A stretch of DNA of 64,000 nucleotides from Octopus vulgaris (GCA_951406725.2 OX597830.1:48670001-48734000); one strand, 5' to 3'. Shown: positions 29,104 through 44,508, counted from the stretch's first letter. Program-made: numbers and translations. The notes: generated by a model from the sequence alone, not told the origin.

Positions 29104-29180
29104 GGACCAGCCTCAGTTTGCCCAACAATACGACCTCTTTGAAAATCTGACAGTTCTGCTGAAATTTTTGTGCGTGGCAT
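29104..29180 (-). mobile_element. Tc1-like transposase N-terminal fragment
   Basis: MPRTKISAELSDFQRGRIVGQTEAG, a typical Tc1 HTH start. Confidence 0.55.
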
Positions 29181-29322
29181 GGTTACTCTTCACAAATATT
29201 TAATATAATGGCACCTGGAATGAAAAAGAATAATTTCATTCTAAATTCTATACCACTGAAAACATATTAAGACGCTTAGATCAGAAATTTTGAAAATTAA
29301 AGATGTCTATTTACTTCCTGCA

Positions 29323-29369
<47 letters not shown>

Positions 29370-29372
29370 ATG

Positions 29373-29438
<66 letters not shown>

Positions 29439-30732
29439 TACATATATATAGCAAATAAGTAACGCGGATGTCCAGGCATTAGTGCACTACAGCCGTTTCA
29501 AGCGGCTCCATTTAATCGATCGATGCAAGCGTTATATCAATTTGAAATAAACCGCTCTCCTCGGACGTATAAGACCATAAAGGTTTTCAACATGCAAGAT
29601 ACTCCATTATGATTTTTTAGCAATGTTTTTTCATCCTGACTAAAAGATGAAAGGGTCAAGAAAACGATCCAGCGAGGAACCCCTACGTGTTGTTTGATTT
29701 GCTGTAAATTGTTGCTAAATTTCCCTCATATAAAACTCTATTGTCTTAAAATTGGTTAATGAATCGGAACTACATTGTATTTGAAACCAAATAAGACGAG
29801 GCGGACATAGCAGGAATGAGTTTAAATTACGGAGCTTTTTAATTCGAGCTTGGTTAGGGATTAAACGACAATACCAACAGCAACTTCAGGGTTGGAAACT
29901 TCTGATTACCTCAACTGATGCGATTCTGAATGAGTAACCCATTACTATTATACAACAATGTGATGCTGTGTGTTTGACTCTGACTGTACCGTTAATCACC
30001 AAACCATCACGGTGACATAACTGAACTTTCCGCTACACACCTTCCTCTCTCGCCCTCTTCACTCTCTCTCTCTCTCTCTCTACGTTAGAACCAGAGTCGT
30101 TTACAATCAATTATTACACCAGTCATACTTCCTATTGCAGCTAAATATTGTCTTGTGTCATTATATAACAATATTTTATCCCACCTTCCGATACACAATG
30201 ACACTATACGTTGTAAACGACTCCGCTTTTGTCGTAATCACATATAAAACAACGAAAGTCGCTTTATATGCGGACAACATGAAATAACGAAATAACATTA
30301 CAAGATTCCTTGATTCAGAATCTTATAATGGCAAATAGAAGAAATAACCAACAGGATACGGTACTTGTCTTCGTATTTAGAGGTCTTCAGATCAAATTCC
30401 GTATAAAGCTAACAGAATTTTTTTTTATTTACTGGCGTTTCTTTTTATCTCCTCATTTGTGACAGTATGCCTCTCCATAGCGAGACCATCACGACTTACT
30501 CGGCCGATCTTATCTCCTGTGTGAAACGGATAAGAGACACATTCTCACCTGGATAAAGCTTCCTTAATATTGTAAGTTCCCAATCGGAGAAATTGAATTA
30601 AGATCTGTTAAAGTATTGTACATTCGGTAGGTTTACTAAGTTACTGCTTACGGCAGCCTGCTGTCTCCACTCCGTGGTACCAGTTTGAAGATAAGTATTC
30701 TGCTATTTAGCATCTAAATATATAAACTACTA

Positions 30733-31093
30733 GTGGAGGCGCAATGGCCCAGTGGTTAGGGCAGCGGACTCGCAGTCATAGGATCGCGGTTTCGATTCCC
30801 AGACAGGGCGTTGTGAGTGTTTATTGAGCGAAAACACCTAAAGCTCCACGAGGGATGGTGGTGATCCCTGCTGTACTTTCTCTCACTCTTACTTCCTGTT
30901 TCTGTTGTACCTTGTATTTCAAAGGGCCGGCCTTGTCACTCTCTGTGTCACGCTGAATATCCCCGAGAACTACGTTAAAGGTACACGTGTCTGTGGAGTG
31001 CTCAGCCACTTACACGTTAATTTCACGAGCAGGCTGTTCCGTTGATTCGGATCAACCGGAACCCTCGTCGTCGTAACCGACGGAGTGCTTCCA
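30733..31093 (+). mobile_element. SINE family C (tRNA-Arg-like head)
   Basis: tggcccagtggttagggcagcggactcgc...ggtttcgattccc (A and B boxes) followed by a ~290-bp body. Confidence 0.85.
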
Positions 31094-31879
31094 CATATAA
31101 ACTACTGAAAGCTGCCCAGAATAAATATCTAATATTCAAGGGATGTGAATGGAGATATACTGACATTCCATCTTGTATCCCTCGTCCGTTTGATTCTATA
31201 AAGTTGAAACCAAGTGCCAACCGTTGTGAGCAGTTCAGTCTCTTGGAGGTGATTTTTATTTTACCTTCACAAATTCGAAGTAATATATTAAAGGATGGTG
31301 GGGAAAGGGGGGTATTTTATGAATCGCATTCGGAATTGAACTCAGATCAGAACTAATCGAGGTTGAATAAGCATATGAACCGAATGTCCAGACGTGCCTA
31401 AGTGCATGCGTCTGCGTGTACATGTGTCTGTATGGACGTGTGTCTGCATGTATGTGTGTCCGCGTGTGTACGTGTGCGTGTTTGTGCATGTGTACGTGTG
31501 TGTATGTGATGCATGTGAGTTAATGCACGGCGAAAACTTACTTCTACATTACTCGTTCTCCACCTCTCGTTTTCTTTCTTTCTTTCTTTCTTTCTTTAGC
31601 TCTATTCCTTTCCAGAGTACCTTTCACTGCTCACTTTTGCTAACTTTCCGAACTGAGATTCAACGCAAGTCACTCTCTCTCTCATTCTCTTTCTCTCTCT
31701 CCGCTCTCAATCATACTTCTTTTTCCTACTCTTTCTCTCTTTCTCTCTCTCTCTCTCTCCCTCTCCCTCTCTCTCCCCTCTCTCTCCCCTCTCTCTCCCC
31801 TCTCTCTCTCACCTTCCTCATTCTCCCTTCTTTTCTTTTCTTCCTTCCTTTCGGTTTTCTCTAACAGAACTGACATGAC

Positions 31880-32230
31880 GGTACTAATACAGGGCAACTG
31901 TTTTGCCAACAGTTTTTTATAGAAGTGAAAGATGGAAAAATCTTGGCGAAGCTGGCCAAGAGGCTGGATACATTCTACCAATGCTGTTTACGGAATATCC
32001 TCAACGCCTCATTGCGAGGTAGAACTACAAATGAGGAAGTTCTTCAACGAAGTTAATTCCAAGCACTGCAAAACACCATGGCGCTGTGTTAGTGTCGCTT
32101 GCCAAATGACAACTTATACCTGCCAGCCACTCGGTAGGCAAGAAAGTAAACCGGAAGAAAGAAAACTTGGAAAGTGCCTGCCCAAGAACTCATAGCGCCA
32201 GCCATTTCAGGAGGACCTGAAGAATCTAAC
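31880..32230 (+). mobile_element. RTE LINE fragment, decayed
   Basis: AKRLDTFYQCCLRNILNAS.RGRTTNEEVLQR resembles RTE RL..F...CLR.IL...W.D.VTNEEVL. Confidence 0.7.
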
Positions 32231-32658
32231 CATGGGTGAAATTCAAAGTAGACAAGCGAGTTTTGATATAATAAACATATATATCCACTCACCCAATGTA
32301 TTGCGTTCTATATACTTTACAAATCTCGCCTTACTATATATGTGTGTGTGTGTGTTAGTCAAGAGTGAAGGCAGTGCTCATGTCCTCTTATAGAGCTACT
32401 GAGATTACTGAGAGGAAGTCACAAAGGTATACTCAAACAAGAAACTTGGTCTAAATGCTTCCAAAATTGTATCTTCCGCTAAAGGCACACAACATACCAG
32501 GAGATGGTGTTAAACAGCGGCATGGAAGGATTTCAATTCAGAACGCTGAGAGATGGAACCAATATCAAAAGGTGTCTGGCCCGAAGTTCTTATATTCTGC
32601 GGAATTTAAACTCAGAGCAGGGCTTACACTCTTCTTTCCACAAACCTAACGAAAATCG

Positions 32659-33060
32659 CGCAAACGTGCCTGTGTGGTAAGACGCTTGCTTCCTAACGAC
32701 ATGGTTCCGGGTTCAGTCCCACTGCGTGGCACTTTGGACAAGTGTCTTCTGCTATAGCCCTGGGCCGACCAAAGCCTTATGAGTGGATTTGGTTGAAGGA
32801 AACTGAAAGAAGCCCGTCGTATATACGTGTGTATGTGTGTGTGTATCTTTGCCATGTGTTTGTCCCTCACTACTATTTCACAACTGGTGTTGGTGTGTTT
32901 CTGTCCCCGTAACTTAGCGGCTCAGCCAAAGGGACCGATAGAATAAGTATTAGGCTTTTTAAAAAAATAAGACCTGGGGTTGATTTATTCGACAAAATCC
33001 CTTCAAGTCGGTTCCGTAGCATGGCCGCAGTCAAATGACTGAAACAAGTAAAGATAAAAG
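32659..33060 (+). mobile_element. SINE family B
   Basis: Homologous to 35882. Confidence 0.85.
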
Positions 33061-34108
33061 AAAGGATAAAAATTCAGGAAGCTTATTTAGAAGAAGAATA
33101 TTTCCCTTAGACTTCCTTCTAACATAGAAGTATTTAATAAGAACTATGAATATTATAATGCAGAAATATTTAGTAATAAATCTAAACATCATAATGGAGT
33201 TTTGTTGAAAAATGGTTTTATCTAGTTTCAATTTATTTCTTCCCCGAATACAAACAATTCTGATTTTAAAGTGATTACTCAACAAAGCAAATTTATAAAC
33301 CACTTAATTCTTTTCATAAACCGTCTAAATGTTGTAATACGGAAAGTAAACGTGATAATGATAATGATAATGATAATACAATCACGAATATGACTAGGAA
33401 AATAATGAGTGGCGGTTCTGAGAATAAGAATTAAAAAAAGAACTGATACAGCTGGAGACAAAACTAATAAACCTACAAATTATCAGAATAATATGACTAA
33501 ACTAATAAACGAATATGGTCAATCTATTAATCTTGAGTACGAACATATAACCAAACAGAAAAGTGAAAACTATAATATGTTAAAATCTAAGAATAATGAT
33601 GAAGCTGGCGGCAAGTGCACAACTAATACAAAATCTCCATCAAATCTAAAATGTAAGGTACGAAATAACATAATCTATTCTGATATTTCTAAAACAAAAT
33701 TTCCAAACTTGAGATTCTTGAGATTGCCCATTAAGAGTAATTACGAGGAACCTGACTTACAAAACTATTAGTAACTACGATAGAAAAAAATAGAGATATT
33801 AAAACAAAAGGAACGCAACGCGGTTTATCGCAAAAAGCAAAAACCATACCCAAAAATTTTCTTTAATATATTAAATAATATCTTTTCTACGAACCACAAG
33901 CATCACTGCATTTTAAATAAGTATACCGTTAAATTTTATTACTCCACAACTCTTAATCTTGCAGATATTATAGAATATTCTAACACGAATTAGATGAATA
34001 CCTCACGCGTAAAAACTGTTAGAGAAAAAAATCGATATAACTAAAATGATTACTATTTCGGATGGGTTCAGATATTTTAATTGTGTTTTCTCTCTGTCTC
34101 TCTCTCTC

Positions 34109-34231
<123 letters not shown>

Positions 34232-34310
34232 AGGATAAGATCGTTATTTAAATACCGATCTTATCAGGTGGCCAGCATGGGAATAAAAAACCTTCAAAGG
34301 TAATAATTAT

Positions 34311-35384
<1,074 letters not shown>

Positions 35385-35600
35385 TCAAAATGTGACTGCG
35401 TGTGTACCGTTGGCGAATTTTTTTTCCTCCGTCTTCCCTTCCTTGGATCTTTCCTTTTCCTATGTTTCTGACGAAGAGCTCCGCTCGAAACATTAAATCC
35501 TCCTTCTTTCTTTCCTTTCCTGAGCGTCCAATAACACTATACTTGTTCCACGTTCTCGCGTTCTGTGTTTTCTCTTTGTGTTTTCATGTTTGGATTAACT
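35385..35600 (+). mobile_element. PLE pLTR fragment with hammerhead motif (35465-35498)
   Basis: gttt CTGACGA a gagc tcc gctc GAAA cat t aaa, embedded between TA runs. Stem III is mutated relative to the ACGT palindrome seen at 43259. Confidence 0.6.
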
Positions 35601-35881
35601 ATATATATATATATATATATGGGTTGGGGAAGGCACATGGTTAGGTGGTTAGAGCATCGGGCTCACTATTATGACGTAGTGAGTTCGATTCCCGGACCGA
35701 GTTGTGTGTTATGAAAGCACATTTGTATACACTGACAGGGTAGATAACTGCCCACTGAATGCAGCAAAGCTAGAACGCTGGACTACACAGTTTCATCCCA
35801 ACGGGAATTGTCAACAATGCATCTCCATTGCTTCCATGAAACAGCTAATTCTCTCTGTCAGTATCAATATATTTGCCATAT

Positions 35882-36255
35882 AGGCGCAGGAGTGGCTGTG
35901 TGGTAAGTAGCTTGCTTACCAACCACATGGTTCCGGGTTCAGTCTCACTGCGTGTCTTCTACTATAGCCTCGGGCCGACCAAAGCCTTGTGAGTGGATTT
36001 GGTAAACGGAAACTGAAAGAAGCCCGTCGTATATACATATGTGTGTGTGTTTGTCTGTGCTTGTCCCCCCAACATTGCTTGACAACCGATGCTGGTGTGT
36101 TTACGTCCCCGTAACTTAGCGGTTCGGCAAAAGAGACCGATAGAATAAGTACTTGGATTACAAGGAATAAGTCCTGGGGTCGATTTGCTCGACTAATAGG
36201 TGATGCTCCAGCATGGCCACAGTCAAATGACTGAAACAAGTAAAAGAGTAATAGA
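35882..36255 (+). mobile_element. tRNA-derived SINE family B (CORE-like segment)
   Basis: ggcgcaggagtggctgtgtggtaag...ggttcagtc...gtcaaatgactgaaacaagtaaaagag. Confidence 0.88.
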
Positions 36256-37134
36256 GTATATGTATTTATGGCCGATTTAGTGAAATGCCAAATCATATGT
36301 ATGTACGTATCTACACACAAACACACACACACAATAATATCTATACTTGTATTATCAACTAGGCTAATATATAACCTAGAATACATTACCAACTCTAAAT
36401 ACATAAGTGAACGAAAGATTCCTCAACAATGGAAACGAATTGTGTATGTATACATCGAGGCAAATACTTAAAATTATACCACCTTTCATCTACAAGTATG
36501 TATATATATATGTGAACGAGAATGAGCGTCACTAAAACCATTTATCACCGATAACGTGATACTTTCTCTGATATAGAATGTTTAGGAACCGAATTTATTT
36601 GCTGCCCTAGACATCCTGACGGCACTTATAACAAATCTCTCTCCGATAAAATAAAAACCGTAAATTTTATTTTCTTAAACGGCTATATGTAGAATAATTT
36701 ATAGGACAGATTCGCATCTCTCTGTATATTACCTACCAATTAACGCTGGTAATCAACAATGGATTAAATTACATTTTTCATCAAATGACTTGGCGTTACT
36801 GGGTGATTATGCAATTGCTAATGTAAAGTATACCGCAAAGCATACTAATATACGCTTGTGAAACACGTGTAAAGATTATTAACGAATCTCCAGTTTTATT
36901 CTGCTCATGTATACATACACACACACGCACACATATACAAACACACATACATACATGTATACATACATACATACATACATAATACATCCATCCATCCATC
37001 CATCCATACATACATACATACATACATACCTACATACATACATACATACATATACGAGTGAGCAGACAAACGGAAGAAGGGTAACAAACGGAAGAAGGGT
37101 ATTTCAACACAATTATTGGAAATTGCATGTATTT

Positions 37135-37280
37135 ATCAAAACAGTTTGATTCAGTTTCGTTGGTACTCCGAGTTTCAAGCGTGACGGTAATCTTCAGCCA
37201 TTGGGAATTCCCAAAGGCTAAATATTAGCATCACGCATGAAACTCGGAGTCCGAACAAATTCGAATTAAACTGTTTTGAT
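37135..37280. repeat. Imperfect 146-bp palindrome
   Basis: atcaaaacagttt...actccgagtttca / tgaaactcggagt...aaactgttttgat, centred on gggaattccc. Confidence 0.88.
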
Positions 37281-37989
37281 CCATATATATACACACACAC
37301 ATACATACACACACGCACATGTATGTGTATATATGTATATGTATGTGTATATATAATTATGTGTGTGTGTGTGTGTAATATCTCGCGATCGCTACTACCG
37401 CCACGACTGCAATTCAAGCCAACCACTACTTCACATCCGCGACAGCTATGTCACCCCATCATTACGACACGCTGTTGCTTTCTTTACTATTCATACTTGC
37501 ACCAACACTGTCACTAATGCTACCACCACCACTACAACCGCCACTAACACCAACACTAACCCTTATATCATCAACATAACTATAATAACTACCACTACCT
37601 CCACCACTACCATTAATACCAAACTTACTGATAATACCATTATCGGTACTAAAACTGCTACTACCTCTATCAACACTACTATCACTACTACCACAACTAT
37701 TGCCATCGTTAACACTACAACCAAAACTGCTACAACCCTCACAACCACCTCTACTACTACATCCACCACTGTCACTACCGGCATCACTATCACCACCATC
37801 ACTATTTACATCAACCATACTACCACCTCTACTATTAACCTCACCAGTACTGTTATCGACAATACTTTCGTCTATCACTGTCAACATCACCACCCCACCA
37901 CTATCACTACACCCAACACTACAATCACTACCACCGCCAACACCATCATCTTTACTGTCCCAAACATACCACCACCGTCAACGCCACTA

Positions 37990-38950
37990 CCACCACGTCC
38001 ACCACTACTACTACGACGGCGACCACCACCACCACCACTATCACCAGCATCACCACCACATCCACCGCTACTACCACAACGATGACGACAACGACGACCT
38101 CCACCACCACCAACACCACAACCACAACCACATCCACCACCACGATTACGACAGCGATGACGACGATGACCACCACCACCACCACCACCATCATCATCAC
38201 AACAACCACATCCACCACTACCACTACGACGACGACCACCACCACCACCACCATCACCACCATCACCACCACATCCACCGCTACTACCACAACGATGACG
38301 ACAACGACGACCTCCACCACCACCACCACCACCACAACCACATCCACCACCACGATTACGACAGCGATGACGACGATGACCACCACCACCACCACCACCA
38401 TCACAACAACCACATCCACCACTACTACTACGACGACGACCACCACCACCACCATCACCAACACCACCACCACATCCACCGCTACTACCACAACGATGAC
38501 GACAACGACGACCTCCACCACCACCAACACCACAACCACAACCACATCCACCACCACGATTACGACAGCGATGACGACGATGACCACCACCACCACCACC
38601 ACCATCATCATCACAACAACCACATCCACCACTACCACTACGACGACCACCACCACCACCACCATCACCACCATCACCACCACATCCACCGCTACTACCA
38701 CAACGATGACGACAACGACGACCTCCACCACCACCATCACCACCACAACCACATCCACCACCACGATTACGACAGCGATGACGACGATGACCACCACCAC
38801 CACCACCACCATCACAACAACCACATCCACCACTACTACTACGACGACGACCACCACCACCACCATCACCAACACCACCGCCACGACGACGATGACGACG
38901 GCGACCAGCACCACCATCACCACCACCACCACCACCAGCACCACCACCAG
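37990..38950. repeat. (CAC/GAC)-derived higher-order minisatellite
   Basis: Marker tccaccgcta at 38061, 38274, 38475 and 38685 (periods 213, 201, 210). Confidence 0.9.
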
Positions 38951-39049
38951 GCAACCGTCCATGCCAGCTGATCTAAACATCAATTTCCTTCCGATTCCTG
39001 TCAAAAGACAAGTTTTGATGGATGAATAGCCCAGTGTACATTCTGCGAG

Positions 39050-39080
<31 letters not shown>

Positions 39081-39250
39081 CGTGTGTCTCTGTACACATT
39101 CATTATCTATACAAAATAATAAATATCAAAATTGAAATATACATAATGTACATGCATACATCCAGAGGCACGTGCATGCGTGTGTTTCTCTGTGTGTATA
39201 AACATATAAACGTGCGTGTATATATATATATATATATATACATATGTACG

Positions 39251-39282
<32 letters not shown>

Positions 39283-39366
39283 CTCACACGCGCGCATACA
39301 CACATACACACGCATACACACACACATATACACATACACACACACACATACACACGCGCGCGCGCG

Positions 39367-39398
<32 letters not shown>

Positions 39399-39412
39399 AG
39401 GGCGTATTTTAA

Positions 39413-39813
39413 AGGCGCAGGTATGGCTGTGTGGTAAGAATTTTGCTTCGCAACCATATGGTTCCGGGTTCAGTCCCTCTGCGCTGCACTTTCGGAAAAT
39501 GTCTTCTACCTTGGGCTGACCAAAGAGTTCTGAGTGGATTTGGTTGACGGAAACTGAAAGAAGTCCGTCGTATGTATATATTTATGCGTGTGTGTGTGTG
39601 TGTGTGTGTTGTGTGTGTGTGTGTGTGTGTGGCTTTGTCTGTGTTTGTCCTCATAACTTGTGGTGTGTTTACGTCCCCATAACTTAGCAGTTCGACAAAA
39701 GTGATCGACAGAATAAGTACCAGGCTCAAAAAGGTAAAATGTATTAGGATCGATTCATTCGTCTAAAAATTCTTCAAGGCTGTGCCCCAGCATGGCCGCT
39801 GTCTAATGACTGA

Positions 39814-39817
<4 letters not shown>
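39413..39817 (+). mobile_element. SINE family B
   Basis: Homologous to 35882. Confidence 0.85.
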
Positions 39818-39856
<39 letters not shown>

Positions 39857-39995
39857 GGAGATGTACTTGCATAGCAAATGACCTGATCTGAGATCGTGTG
39901 CTGGAACGAAAACAATTACAGCGTGGAAGGTGTTTATTTAAGCCATTTAAGAAACACACAAAAACCGTTAGAGTCACTTCAACATTTAAATTTAA

Positions 39996-40389
39996 CTAGC
40001 AGTATCGCCCGGCGTTGCTCGGGTTTGTAAGGGAAATAACTATATAAGCATTTTTAGAGATGTAAAGTATAATAGCCATCTCAATATGGCTAACCACAAA
40101 GGGGGGTGTTACTGTAGCTTTTTACGTTCTGAGATTTAATAATAAATTTTTAGAGAGTTACTTCCCTTATATATGCCAAAAATGCATTAAAAATGGGAAA
40201 AATTGATGGTAAATTTTTTTTAAATCGTAGACTCATCGTAGACACGCGCTAATACCCAGAAGGGCTCGATATGAATCACGACTATAAGATAGCCGGTTTT
40301 GGTTAAACTGCACCGCAAGATGTGGGAGTAGTTAGGAATCTAAATCGTAGGAGACAGACAGCACACAACCTCTCTTTTATATATAAAGA
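39996..40389 (-). mobile_element. Non-autonomous Helitron
   Basis: Minus a|TCtttatatataaaa ... cccgagcaacgccgggcgatactgCTAG|t. 3' ~75 bp shared with 22081-22461. Confidence 0.85.
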
Positions 40390-40617
40390 TTTCCCAAAAT
40401 ATTTTCGTCACTTTGAGACCGAGACAAAATTCCGTTCTGCATTTATATCGTTTTTCATGCTTTTGTTTTTATGTTCTCGTTTCTCATTTTGCTCACGTTT
40501 TTTTTTTTTTTTTTTTTTACGTCCTGTACCCATATATGCATGTATATATACATATATATTTAGGCATGTACATGCATGTGTGTATATGTGCATATATATA
40601 TATATCTTTTTCTCTCT

Positions 40618-41010
40618 CTTTTTACTTGTTTCAGTCATTTTGACTGCGGCTATGCTGGTGTACCGCCTTTAATCGAGCAACTCGACCTCGGGACTTATTC
40701 TTTGTAAGCCCAGTACTTATTCTATCGGTCTCTTTTGCCGAACCGCTAAGTTACGGGGACATAAACACACCAGCATCGGTTGTCAAGCAATGCTAGGGGG
40801 ACAAACACAGACACACAAACACACACATGCATATATATATATACATATATACGACGGGCTTCTTTCAGTTTCCGTTTACCAAATCCACTCACAAAGCTTT
40901 AGTCAGCCTGAGGCTTATAGTAGAAGACACTTGCCCAAAGTGCCACGCAGTGGGACTGAACCCGGAACCATGTGGTTAATAAACAAGCTACTTACCACAC
41001 AGCCACTCCT
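40618..41010 (-). mobile_element. SINE family B
   Basis: Reverse-complement copy, inverted relative to 41405-41820. Confidence 0.88.
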
Positions 41011-41404
41011 ATTATTATATATATCTTAAACTGGCACTCCGTCGGTTACGACGATAAGGGTTTCAGCCGATGCAATCAACGGAACAACCTGCTTTTGAAA
41101 TTAACGTTGAGGGTGGCTGAGCACTCCACAAACACGTGTACCCTTAACCTAGTTCTTGGAGAGATTGAGTGTGACACAGAATGGGACAAAGCTGACCCTA
41201 TGAAACACAAGTACTACTCAGTTTTGCCCGATGATTGGGCTGGAGCTACGTGAAATAAAGTGTCTTGCTGAAGGACACCGCGTCGCTGGTAATTGCTTAT
41301 ATATGCATGCATACATACATACATACATACATACATACATACATACATACATACATACATACATACATACATACATACTTACATTCATACATACATACAT
41401 ACAT

Positions 41405-41820
41405 AGGCGCAGGAGTGGCTGTGTGGTAAGTAGCTTGCTAACCAACCACATGGTTCCGGGTTCAGTCCCACTGCGTCGCATCTTGGGCAAGTGTCTTCTG
41501 CTATAGCCCCGGGCCGACCAATGCCTTGTGAGTGGATTTGGTAGACGGAAACTGAAAGAAGCCTGTCGTATATATGTATATATATGTATGTGTGTGTTTT
41601 GTGTGTCTGTGTTTGTCCCCCTAGCATTGCTTGACAAGCGATGCTGGTGTGTTTATGTCCCCGTTACTTAGCGGTTCGGCAAAAAGAGACCGATAAAATA
41701 AGTACTGAGCTTACAAAAGAATAAGTCCTGGGGTCGAGTTTCTCGATTAAAGGCGGTGCTCCAGCATGGCCGCAGTCAAATGACTGAAACAAGTAAAAGA
41801 GTAAAAGAGTAAAAAGAGTA
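41405..41820 (+). mobile_element. SINE family B inside (CATA)n
   Basis: Full copy with cttgggcaagtgtctt. Confidence 0.9.
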
Positions 41821-42924
41821 ATACATACATACATACATACATACATACATACATACATACATACATACATACATACATACATACATACATACATACATAC
41901 ATACATACATACATACATACATGACCCATTTCTTATTGCTGACATTCCAGTAACATGTTTGGTACCGTATCTGTCAGTGGTCTTCATATTATCACATAGC
42001 CTTGATTTGGTTTTAAGTTTTACGTGACAAATACAGCTCATAATTTGGTAGAGAATTATGCTCTTCTCGTTTACATTCGTCCAAAATGGGTTTTCAGCCT
42101 AGCAGTTGCTGAATACGTCTTTGGACGTAAAAGAAGACTCTTTTCTGCCAATACCGTCGGTGCTGTTATAAGACTGATATTGGTCTCTAAATGTTTGACC
42201 TTTCATAGATGACAAGCCATGTACGAACCCCGTGCGTAAGAATGGCTGTTCCATCGCGTCTCCCTCGCCATCCTCCGGAGCAACACTTTTTCGATTTTCT
42301 CTGCCAGGGGCCATGAAGTGGTCTGGATTACAAGGAACTGTACGTCCCGCTCCTTAATAGAAAGTCACTCCATATGAATTGCCTGAACCGCTTTCATTTT
42401 GTCAAACTGTTGTTGCTTGATTTGACTATCGCCGAAGTACTTTTATATGATGAGCTACCATAGGTTTGTTTGTTGTGGAAGATATTTATGGGTGCAATTA
42501 AGAAATATTTCATGCTTTTATCGTAGTCTGATACCTGAAAATGTTATACGATCACCGACTTCAGTTCCCTTCAGTTTTCGAGCTTTACATTTTACTGTCC
42601 GATGGTCAATTCGTATTTTTTCAATCTGCATGTTATTCTCCGCCTTTACATACACACTGTCCATTCACTTCTGCTTAATGTGAGATGTTTGCAATGAACA
42701 GCAAAGATATCTATGGAGTTAAAGTTGTTGTGTGAGATCACACGAATCTCATTTTTAGCTTGTACAGAGGCTGCTTACCACAAACTAATTCTTCATCCCC
42801 TCGAAAGTTTTAAATCTTCAGGACGGATGAAGTGATCAACTAATCGCATAATTGGGTGAAGCGAGCTTCCATTCTGCCTATTATGGTACCTTTGATGTTT
42901 ATTATACAATTTATATACTCATCT

Positions 42925-43560
42925 TTTATCTTTAACTGGTTTCTGTCATTGAACGGTTGTCATGCTGGGACACCGTACTGAAGGATTTTAGTCGAATAAA
43001 TCGACATTGGCATTTTTTAAAGTCTAGCAATTCATTCTATCGTCTCTTTTGCGGAACTGCTATGTTATGGAGATGTAAACAAACCAATACCGGTTGTCAA
43101 GTGGCACAAACGCAAAGACATATATACCTACGTATATATATATATATATATATAACGGGAAGCTTTACGAAAATAAACAAAAAGACGAAGGCAGGTGGAG
43201 TCCAAACAAACAATTGTATTAGTATGGCGCTCAGGAATAGAAATAAAACAAGTATTTTACGTTTCGAGCCTACGCTCTTCAACAGAAAGATACACAGAAA
43301 AGAAACACGGAGAGAAACAAGGAGAGAAAAAAAATGCGTGCAGGAGCTAACGATTCAACATGGCGGTCTGATTTCGGCCAGAAGTCAGCCACATATATAT
43401 ACGACGGGCTTCTTTCTGTTTTCTGCTACTAAATATATATACTGACAGGGCCTTCATCGGCCCGGGGCTATAGCAGGATAAATTTGCCCAAGGTTCCCAG
43501 CAAAGGCACTGAACCCGAAACGTTGTGGTTGAGAAGAAGACGTCTCACTGCACAGTCATG
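42925..43560 (-). mobile_element. Decayed SINE B interrupted by a PLE terminus
   Basis: 3' half at 42925-43100, 5' half at 43400-43560. Confidence 0.65.
43153..43390 (-). mobile_element. PLE pLTR inserted in the TA run of a SINE; hammerhead-like CUGUUGA motif
   Basis: Minus ctttCTGTTGAagagcgtaggctcGAAAcgtAaaa; homologous to 24110-24295 and 53935-54125. Confidence 0.6.
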
Positions 43561-43819
43561 TCAATACGAGGCCCATAGTTCATAAATTAGGGTTAAGATG
43601 ACAAATGTATCATAATGCAAAGTCTTGTGGGCAGTTTCAAGTCTTTATGTGATCAGACAAGTTCTTCCAGTGTCCCAAACGCAACTTGTCAATCCTCAAA
43701 TGCATTTCGAAATCTAAAAAAAAACATTCTTATAAACACAGCTGCCAGAGATATTTACAGTAGTTATTAGACAAGGACAAAGTATAATGCTTTAGTAAAC
43801 TGTACGTTGATTTCGTATA

Positions 43820-44050
43820 GCGGCGAGCTGGCAGAATCGTTAGCACGCCGGGCGAAATGCGTAGCCGTATTTCGCCTGCTGTTACGTTCTGAGTTCAAAT
43901 TCCGCCGAGGTCGACTTTGCCTTTCATCCTTTCGGGGGTCGATAAATAAAGTACCAGTTACGCACTGGGGTCGATGTAATCGACTTAACCCCTTTGTCTG
44001 TCCTTGTTTGTCCCCTCTATGTTTAGCCCCTTGTGGGCAATAAAGAAATA
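43820..44050 (+). mobile_element. SINE family A with TSD-like flanks
   Basis: Full copy; tacgttgatttcgt is repeated on both sides. Confidence 0.9.
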
Positions 44051-44304
44051 TATACGTTGATTTCGTGTTTTTTTTTGTCAAAGACCAGTTAAGTATCTGT
44101 GAATTTTCTCAACCACCTCGCGTTCTTCATTGACTTCGGTTCTCTCTGTGAAGTTGGTTTGTGGTTCTTCCGTAATTCCGCTTTCCAAACGTCCCTTGCC
44201 AGGTACAGTTCGTACACACAAGTATATATAGATAGCCACACGCATTCTCAAACAAACACAGAGGCATACATATGTATATATATATACGCACACCCACATA
44301 TATA

Positions 44305-44385
<81 letters not shown>

Positions 44386-44508
44386 CGCACACACGCACAT
44401 ACCTTCATATATTTCTAGGCATACATACAAACATATGTGTGGGTGAACATGTGTGCGTATCGGCATATGTATAACTATGAGTGTATAACGTGCATCTGTA
44501 ATATATAT

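Noticed and set aside
30733-30810. tRNA gene (also 35630-35710 and 50595-50669)
   Set aside because: A and B boxes are present but there is no proper cloverleaf, and two of the three continue into a dispersed SINE body.
38082-39029. Mucin-like poly-Thr ORF
   Set aside because: Alternative frame of the CAC repeat with no signal peptide or flanking domains.
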